NCBI GenBank assembly: GCA_021786105.1
Contig: JAJYNW010000018.1
Coordinates: 5,241 to 69,240 of the forward strand
DNA from: a bacterium
GTDB taxonomy: Bacteria; Patescibacteriota; Microgenomatia; Daviesbacterales; UBA10151
Length of the DNA stretch: 64,000 bases
Direction of reading: 5' to 3'
Under the pieces are notes generated by a model. It had not been told where the DNA came from. It did no database searches and saw nothing but the letters and a program-made list of their open reading frames with translations. Each line of letters starts with the position of its first letter. Positions within the stretch are counted from its first letter, which is position 1. Positions 58,219 to 64,000 of this stretch are shown here, piece by piece. A program made the position numbers and the translations under genes.

Positions 58219-59471
58219 AATCAGATGTAAAAGATCTAAAACTGGCGCCGAAAGGCAAACTGCGGATTGAATGGGCTGGTTCCCAGATGAAAGTGTTGGA
58301 ACTAATCAAAAAACGCTTTCAAAAAGAACAACCGCTCAAAGGGGTTAAACTGGGCGCTTGCCTGCACGTTACCGCTGAAACTGCCAACTTAATGATTGCT
58401 TTAAAGACAGGCGGAGCCGAGCTGTCTTTATGTGCCTCCAACCCTTTATCTACTCAAGATGATGTGGCCGCCTCGCTCATCGAAGATTACAACATCCCCA
58501 CTTATGCTATTAAAGGCGAGGATAAAGACACCTATTATAAACACCTAAACGAAGTCTTAGATTTTAAACCGCAAATTACCATGGATGACGGGGCTGATTT
58601 AGTCACCCTTTTACACACCGAAAGGAAAGATCAACTCAAAGATGTCATTGGTTCCTCTGAGGAAACCACCACCGGCGTCATTAGACTGCATGCCATGTTC
58701 AAAGACGGTACCTTACAAATCCCAGTGATTGCCGTTAATGATTCCAACACCAAACATATGTTTGATAACCGCTATGGTACCGGCCAATCCACCATTGACG
58801 GGATTATTCGGGCCACCAATGTGTTGCTCGCCGGCAAAAAATTTGTGGTTTGCGGTTATGGCTGGTGCGGCCGGGGGCTGGCTAGTCGAGCCAGAGGCAT
58901 GGGGGCACAGGTGGTTGTAACTGAGGTTGATCCGCTAAAAGCTTTGGAAGCTGTTATGGATGGGTTTGAGGTCATGCCTATTGCGCAGGCGGTAAAAGTT
59001 GCCGATATTATCTGCACTGCCACCGGTAATAAAGCGGTGTTATCAGTCGCACACTTTAAACAAATTAAAGATGGAGCCATTGTTTCTAACACCGGTCACT
59101 TTAACGTTGAATTTGATTATGATGGTTTGGTGAAAATTGCCAAAAGCCGACGGCATTTACGGGATAATTTGGAAGAAATTATTCTCAAAGACGGCAAAAA
59201 GATTTTTGTGTTGGGTGAAGGCCGCCTGATTAATTTAGCCTCCGCTGAAGGCCACCCGCCTGATGTGATGGATATGAGCTTTGCCAACCAGGCCTTGGCC
59301 GCCGAGTTTTTGGTCAAAAATAAAGGTAAATTAAAAGTTGATGTGTATACGGTGCCACAAGAACTGGATGATATGATTGCCCAATTAAAGCTGGAATCAT
59401 TAGGCGTCAAAATCGATACTTTGACTGCTGAACAGAAAAAATATTTATCTTCCTGGCACGAAGGCACTTAA
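58215..59471 (+). CDS. ahcY: Adenosylhomocysteinase (SAH hydrolase)
   Basis: Full-length AhcY with NAD-binding GYGWCGRG and a conserved C-terminus. Confidence 0.95.
   Translation: MKSDVKDLKLAPKGKLRIEWAGSQMKVLELIKKRFQKEQPLKGVKLGACLHVTAETANLMIALKTGGAELSLCASNPLSTQDDVAASLIEDYNIPTYAIKGEDKDTYYKHLNEVLDFKPQITMDDGADLVTLLHTERKDQLKDVIGSSEETTTGVIRLHAMFKDGTLQIPVIAVNDSNTKHMFDNRYGTGQSTIDGIIRATNVLLAGKKFVVCGYGWCGRGLASRARGMGAQVVVTEVDPLKALEAVMDGFEVMPIAQAVKVADIICTATGNKAVLSVAHFKQIKDGAIVSNTGHFNVEFDYDGLVKIAKSRRHLRDNLEEIILKDGKKIFVLGEGRLINLASAEGHPPDVMDMSFANQALAAEFLVKNKGKLKVDVYTVPQELDDMIAQLKLESLGVKIDTLTAEQKKYLSSWHEGT
59450..59471. repeat. 22-bp direct repeat copy 1 (TTCCTGGCACGAAGGCACTTAA), the 3' end of ahcY
   Basis: Exact copy at 60063-60084. 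Confidence 0.9.
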
Positions 59472-59474
59472 GTT

Positions 59475-59496
59475 GTAATTAATTACAGTATTTTTT
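59475..59496. terminator. Possible bidirectional terminator: 12-bp palindrome GTAATTAATTAC followed by a T-run
   Basis: AT-only stem, which is weak. It sits between convergent ahcY and GNAT. Confidence 0.25.
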
Positions 59497-59947
59497 CCAT
59501 ATGAATAGAAGGGAGCTTGCCTCCCTCAGAATTAACATGAAATCCCTCTTTGATCTTTCCGAATCCATGTTTTTCATAAAATTCCATTGCTGTCAAGGAA
59601 GAGTCAACCTTTAACTTCCTAACGCCCATTTTATATGCTTTTTGCTCTAAGTATGCAAGAATTTTTGCTCCTATTCCTTTCCTTAAATAATTTGCACTGA
59701 CATATATTGCGGTAATTTCATCATCTTTTAAAGAGCCTACCCCCACAATTTGGTTATTTTCAATAGCAATACAGGTAAAACGATTTTTGTCTTGCATTCT
59801 CTCTTTTACTTTTTCTTCTGTATCCGTTTTTTTCCATACCTTTATCTGTTCTGGAGAATAATCCTTTGCATTTACTTTCCTGATTGTATCCTGCGTTAGC
59901 AAACTAATTTCCCTTACTTCACTAATTTTTGCTTTTCTGATTAACAT
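59483..59947 (-). CDS. GNAT-family N-acetyltransferase
   Basis: Acetyl-CoA binding motif RKGIGAKIL. The gene is AT-rich relative to its neighbours. Confidence 0.8.
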   Translation of the reverse strand: MLIRKAKISEVREISLLTQDTIRKVNAKDYSPEQIKVWKKTDTEEKVKERMQDKNRFTCIAIENNQIVGVGSLKDDEITAIYVSANYLRKGIGAKILAYLEQKAYKMGVRKLKVDSSLTAMEFYEKHGFGKIKEGFHVNSEGGKLPSIHMEKIL

Positions 59948-60027
59948 TCTTTTAGTTTATCATCTCCAACATAAAATGTTTCATTTATCCCATGACCATG
60001 ATATGTTTGTCCAATTCTAAAAGGAGC

Positions 60028-60951
60028 TTAGCTCAAGAGCAAAAACGTTAGGTTTAACCGCATTCCTGGCACGAAGGCACTTAAATTTTTAATATATTCC
60101 GGATTTGTACCGCAACATCCGCCTATTATCTGAACCCCGCTCTTAATCCACTTTTGCGCTTCTTTTAAATAACTATCTGCTGCTTTTACTCCACCTCCCG
60201 TCCAACCCTGCACATCATCAACCCCCCCATCACCCTGGGCATAAACTCCAATAGGTAAATCAGTTAATTTTCTCAGTTTTTTCACCACTTTAGTAATAAT
60301 TCTTGGTGGCATGCAATTTAATGATATGAATAACGGTCCGTATGTTGCTATGACAGACACAGCTTTTTGCAGATCCTCTCCGCCTAACAATTGCCCCTTT
60401 GAATTACAACAAAAACTTACCGCTACCGGTATCTTTACTTTCTGTGCGGCTTGACAGACTGAAGCCGCCTCGTCAATACTAATCATAGTTTCAGCCAAAA
60501 CAAAATCTACCTCTCCTTTTTTAAGATTTCTAACATTTTCTAGATGTTCTTTTTTTAGTTCTTTAACAGGGGGCACTAAATCGGGTCTATAACAATCCTC
60601 CAAAGGAGCAATTGAGCCTCCCACCCAAGCTTGTTTACCTGATTCCCTAACTGCTTCTCTGGCTAATTTACAAGCCAATAGCGTGGCCGCTTTAGCTTTG
60701 TTTTTAAAATTAGCTTTTTTAAATGTTCTTTCTGTTGTTCTAAAGGTATTCGTCACAATAATCTGCGCCCCCGAATCAACATAATCTCTGTGGATTTGTT
60801 TAACTACCTCAGGATGTGTTAATAAAGCTTTAGCAGACCATAACGGCAGAGTGGTTCTAATGCCGCGGGCGGTAATTTCCGAACCAGTGCCTCCATTCAT
60901 TATGATAATTTGACCTGTTTTTAACAGGTTTTCCAACTGCTTAGCCGTCAT
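60028..60951 (-). CDS. Homocysteine S-methyltransferase (Hcy-binding domain, MmuM/YitJ-N-like)
   Basis: Zn ligands in GGCCGTNPEYI plus an upstream Cys. The C-terminal ~7 aa are encoded by the antisense of the 22-bp repeat. Confidence 0.85.
   Translation of the reverse strand: MTAKQLENLLKTGQIIIMNGGTGSEITARGIRTTLPLWSAKALLTHPEVVKQIHRDYVDSGAQIIVTNTFRTTERTFKKANFKNKAKAATLLACKLAREAVRESGKQAWVGGSIAPLEDCYRPDLVPPVKELKKEHLENVRNLKKGEVDFVLAETMISIDEAASVCQAAQKVKIPVAVSFCCNSKGQLLGGEDLQKAVSVIATYGPLFISLNCMPPRIITKVVKKLRKLTDLPIGVYAQGDGGVDDVQGWTGGGVKAADSYLKEAQKWIKSGVQIIGGCCGTNPEYIKNLSAFVPGMRLNLTFLLLS
60063..60084. repeat. 22-bp direct repeat copy 2
   Basis: Identical to 59450-59471. Confidence 0.9.
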
Positions 60952-60952
60952 T

Positions 60953-61867
60953 TTAACGTTTCCTCAACTGATACACAGTTAAATAATGATGTACATTTAA
61001 TTCTTCGCGTCCGCGGCCTGACGCGATACTCGCCAGTCTTCTTCTCTCAGCTTCTATTGCAGATATGGGGCTATAGAATCTATTAGCAACTAGTTCATGA
61101 AACCTTTGCCCATCATCAATCTGCGCTACCCAATGAATGCCGGTGTCCGGATCCTGTTGAATAGGCTCGGGAGTTTGAAACTGCCTCTCCACTTGCCAGC
61201 CTGTTTCAACAATCATTTTGGTTCTTATTTCTGGAGGCACTCGATCAGAAAGAATTATTAAAGCTCTCAAGCTGCTGTCTGCGGCAACTCTTAAATTATC
61301 TAAAGCAGCCGCATTCAACGTTAACCCCGGCAAATCCCAATCTCTACGATAAGAATTTAAAGTGAATGAACCATCGTATTTATCTGCTACATTTATTCCT
61401 TCGGGCGACTGAGGCAAACACATAATTACCCAACCTGATAATCTATTTCGTCCCGTAACAGGTCTAAATTTTTGCAGAAATTCAACTGCATCAGCTCGCC
61501 ATAACTCAACAGGACAATTTAGCCTAGCTGGTCCAGTAACTAAATTCACCCCAGCAGTTTGCAGCCGCCATTTTTCAATTTCTATCCCAAGCACTTCTTG
61601 TACATCATTGCCTACTTCCCTGATATTTCTGCCATCTCCAAGACCAAACTCTGTTATCGATCGACCTTTAAATCCGCCTTCTTCTCGTACCTGGCTGATA
61701 ACGCCTCTCATGAACTTACTCCAAGGATCGTCATAAGGGAAATCCACAGTTTCAAGATGTGGAAAAACTTGACCTTTAACTGTAATTTCTGTCTGCCTTA
61801 CAGGACATCCTGTAAGGCTAATCTCATTATTTGGTATATATTTTTCAATTCCTTTTTCTATTGCCAT
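60953..61867 (-). CDS. Uncharacterised class I SAM-dependent methyltransferase-fold protein (first gene downstream of the SAM riboswitch)
   Basis: Motif I ITEFGLGDGRN, post-I VLGIEIE, motif II RADAVEFL, motif III RLSGWVIMCLP. Not MetF-like. Confidence 0.5.
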   Translation of the reverse strand: MAIEKGIEKYIPNNEISLTGCPVRQTEITVKGQVFPHLETVDFPYDDPWSKFMRGVISQVREEGGFKGRSITEFGLGDGRNIREVGNDVQEVLGIEIEKWRLQTAGVNLVTGPARLNCPVELWRADAVEFLQKFRPVTGRNRLSGWVIMCLPQSPEGINVADKYDGSFTLNSYRRDWDLPGLTLNAAALDNLRVAADSSLRALIILSDRVPPEIRTKMIVETGWQVERQFQTPEPIQQDPDTGIHWVAQIDDGQRFHELVANRFYSPISAIEAERRRLASIASGRGREELNVHHYLTVYQLRKR

Positions 61868-61879
61868 ATTTTTGCCATT

Positions 61880-62061
61880 AAAAAACCTCTCTTGAAAGAG
61901 AGGTTAAATATTTTTGCCCATTTCGGACCTAATCCTCCCTTTACAGGGTTGGGTGTAGCACCTTAGGTTTGTCTAGGTTGCTGGATGGTTTCGAGCCAAT
62001 TCTCTATCTCCCGCTTTACTTTGAAGCTTTAGCGAAAGAGGCCATCACTCTTGATTCTTAA
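61880..62061 (-). promoter_or_regulatory. SAM-I (S-box) riboswitch with an intrinsic terminator/antiterminator expression platform
   Basis: Minus-strand RNA contains AAUCAAGAG (J1/2), ..GGGAGA.. (k-turn region), UGGCUCGAAACC, the P3 pair AGCAACC / GGUGCU, the P4 hairpin CCCUGUAAAGGG, and AGGAUUAGG (3' P1). The terminator is AACCUCUC-UUUCAA-GAGAGGUU + UUUUUU at 61880-61905, and AAGGGAGGAUU can pair with AACCUCUCUU as an antiterminator. Confidence 0.65.
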
Positions 62062-62080
62062 CTAATATTTAGTTGTGAAT

Positions 62081-62109
62081 TTACTTTAAAATAAATCTAA
62101 ATTTTTGTC
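62081..62109 (-). promoter_or_regulatory. Putative promoter of the riboswitch-controlled operon (-35 TTGACA, 17 nt, -10 TAAAGT)
   Basis: The minus strand reads tatTTGACAaaaatttagatttatttTAAAGT, immediately after the stop of the upstream gene. Confidence 0.35.
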
Positions 62110-62113
62110 AATA

Positions 62114-63433
62114 TTAACTATTGACGAAAAAAGGGTATATTCTTCGCATCTGGGCAAATTCATGATACCCATTTCGACCATCAAAAGCAGAATCAATGCA
62201 TCTTTTTAAAGAATTCGCCTTAACAGCTACCGTTTTTCTAGATAATTCTTCGCGCGGCCTTTGCAACAATACATGCTCAGTTCCCTCCACAATCCCGCCT
62301 GGACCATCTTTAACTGCAATAGAAATTGCAAGGAAACCGGTTTGAGTAAAACGGTCATAATGAATTGCCGCCATATAACCACCACCCACTTTCAAATCTT
62401 TAGCTGACTCTTCTTCCGGCAATTCTTCGCTAAATCGCATCCAATAATAAAGATATTCTCTAGGGTATTTACCCGCTAAATTCATAATATTTTTAAAACG
62501 ATCTTTCTTAGGCAACAACAAAGGAGTTCTGGTAACTTCTGCCCAAACTGCTTCCCTTGCCTCTTCAGATAAATCAGGGTTAGACGTAGTTTCACCAACT
62601 TTGCGGCTTTGCTGCTCGGGATTAAGATCAGTAAGAGCCTTACTAACATCAACCATCGTCTGATCCATAAATTCAGCCACTGGATGAATTAGATCTGTAA
62701 ATACACCTTTCGTTCTTAATATCCTATCCAATGGTCCTTTAATAGGAATCTGAATCCCTCTTTGGCTTACCTGAGCTGTATCTATATCCAAAAGCTGACG
62801 GATAACTGCTTGATCACCTTTCACTTGTCCGTTTACTAAAGCACGAAAGAGCATTTCGCCAAAATACTCGTTATATTCCCCTCCGTCCACTGCTGTTTTC
62901 TCTCTTTCCTTTAGTTCGCTTTTATTCACTAATTCAATGTATTCATCTCTTACCTCAGGTTGGGAAAAATCAGGCAAGCTGAAAAGCGAAAAGTGAACTT
63001 TGGTAGGGATACTTTGGTAACCACTTTGCCCAAAAGAGCGAGGCGACCAGTTCCAACCGAAATCAATAACCCGTGCTTCCGGATCCTCCAGCATGGCACT
63101 AGCCAAATTTCCCACGACAAACATCAGCGCCTCACCTTCATCAACTGGAATCTTTTCTGGACCTGGCACATAATCTCTTGTCCAACGCATAGCTTGAAAA
63201 TGATCTCCTTTAGGAGTATAGCCGCCAACGGGCGCATAAAACATCCAATCAGTGCCTGCTACATTTACCAAACATAAAGCATTTGGGGTAATTTTTTCCT
63301 GCAGATAATCATTATTCAGGCTATCTTGGGACATCAGCCTCTTCATGGGGTCGCCCAGCAAATTTAAAAAGGGGACAGTAATTTTTGCTACCTGCTTCGA
63401 CCTCTCGCCGACAACTTCCGCAACTGCTGCCAT
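62114..63433 (-). CDS. Hypothetical 439-aa soluble protein of unrecognised family (start at the ATG at 63433; the ORF-track start is TTG)
   Basis: Long ORF with coding-like composition and a CCTTGACAA promoter context upstream. I could assign no motif confidently. Confidence 0.6.
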   Translation of the reverse strand: MAAVAEVVGERSKQVAKITVPFLNLLGDPMKRLMSQDSLNNDYLQEKITPNALCLVNVAGTDWMFYAPVGGYTPKGDHFQAMRWTRDYVPGPEKIPVDEGEALMFVVGNLASAMLEDPEARVIDFGWNWSPRSFGQSGYQSIPTKVHFSLFSLPDFSQPEVRDEYIELVNKSELKEREKTAVDGGEYNEYFGEMLFRALVNGQVKGDQAVIRQLLDIDTAQVSQRGIQIPIKGPLDRILRTKGVFTDLIHPVAEFMDQTMVDVSKALTDLNPEQQSRKVGETTSNPDLSEEAREAVWAEVTRTPLLLPKKDRFKNIMNLAGKYPREYLYYWMRFSEELPEEESAKDLKVGGGYMAAIHYDRFTQTGFLAISIAVKDGPGGIVEGTEHVLLQRPREELSRKTVAVKANSLKRCIDSAFDGRNGYHEFAQMRRIYPFFVNS

Positions 63434-63564
63434 ATTTTTGGGCAAATACTATCTTTAACCTTCCTAAAATGCTTTGTCAAGGAGTATTTTATGGTAATAT
63501 TGGAAAGTATGAGATTCTTTAAGACTGAAAGTCGCAAAAAATCTACCTTAAAGATACTAATTAG

Positions 63565-64000
63565 ATGAGATTTTTTATTGCCCTGGAAATTCCGGAGGAG
63601 AATAAAGCGCAGTTCCAAGCTATTCAGGCTAGTTTGCACACATTAATTCCTCAAGCCCGGCTAACCACCCCGGACAAAATCCACCTGACTTTGACCTTTA
63701 TCGGCGAGCAACCAGATGAGCTGAAAGATAAGTTAACCCAGGTGTTGCTGGATGCGGCAACTGGCATTCCCTCTTTTGAAATCACTCCCGCCTATATTGA
63801 CGGCTTCCCTAATATTCATCATCCCCAAGTGTTGTGGGTGGGAGTCAAGGATGATATTGATAAAATTTTTATCATTCACGAGAGAATCCAAGACGGATTA
63901 GAAACATTGCATCTACCAACTGACGAAAGGCGTTTTATCCCGCATATCACTATTGCCAAATTAAACAATCAACTCTCATTTAGCGTTGATCGGAATTTGG
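63565..64000 (+). CDS. thpR: RNA 2',3'-cyclic phosphodiesterase (2H phosphoesterase, ThpR/LigT), 3'-partial
   Basis: Two H-x-T-x motifs (HLTLTF and HITIAK); it runs off the window end. Confidence 0.75.
   Translation, partial: MRFFIALEIPEENKAQFQAIQASLHTLIPQARLTTPDKIHLTLTFIGEQPDELKDKLTQVLLDAATGIPSFEITPAYIDGFPNIHHPQVLWVGVKDDIDKIFIIHERIQDGLETLHLPTDERRFIPHITIAKLNNQLSFSVDRNL

Noticed and set aside
62114-63445. HIT/GalT-like nucleotidyltransferase assignment for the 439-aa protein
   Set aside because: Only a vague resemblance (..FGQSGYQSIPTKVHFS..) is present, with no HxHxH or HPHxQ motif. It is left as unknown.

Overview
This 64 kb window is low-GC (about 40%) bacterial DNA with compact, often overlapping genes, many small secreted or membrane hypothetical proteins and type IV pilus assembly genes. 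That layout suggests a small-genome, CPR/Patescibacteria-like organism (inference only).

Recognisable content:
- Heat shock: hrcA-grpE-dnaK-orf89-dnaJ (CbpA-like) operon with a CIRCE operator at the hrcA promoter, and a groES-(small membrane ORF)-groEL operon.
- Other housekeeping: lepA, murJ, rpsT, tpiA, trxA, pcrA/uvrD, metG-tatD, murB, nadK.
- A single-chain UvrD-helicase/PD-(D/E)xK-nuclease fusion preceded by a Zn-ribbon/coiled-coil/nuclease-like protein, and a two-gene 2-hydroxyacyl-CoA-dehydratase-type activase pair.
- A membrane glycan cluster (processive GT2 + WecA/MraY-like + UbiA DPPR-synthase-like) and PilN/PilO-like genes followed by an FN3-dockerin protein.
- A free-standing LAGLIDADG homing-endonuclease-like gene abutting lepA.

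The most notable signals:
1. A convincing SAM-I (S-box) riboswitch on the minus strand (about 61880-62061). It controls an uncharacterised class-I-methyltransferase-fold gene plus a homocysteine S-methyltransferase. These sit beside ahcY, a PfkB (adenosine-kinase-like) kinase and a 443-aa protein of unknown family, together forming a compact methyl-cycle module that I cannot map to a described operon.
2. A family of short GTCAT...ATGAC palindromic (MITE/RPE-like) elements. It is present as a 33-bp x4.4 tandem array, as intergenic copies upstream of groES and downstream of dnaJ, and as in-frame insertions inside a FemAB-family gene, murB and a nucleotidyltransferase-like gene.
3. An exact 22-bp direct repeat bracketing an AT-rich GNAT cassette between ahcY and the homocysteine methyltransferase.

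No rRNA, tRNA or CRISPR was found by eye.
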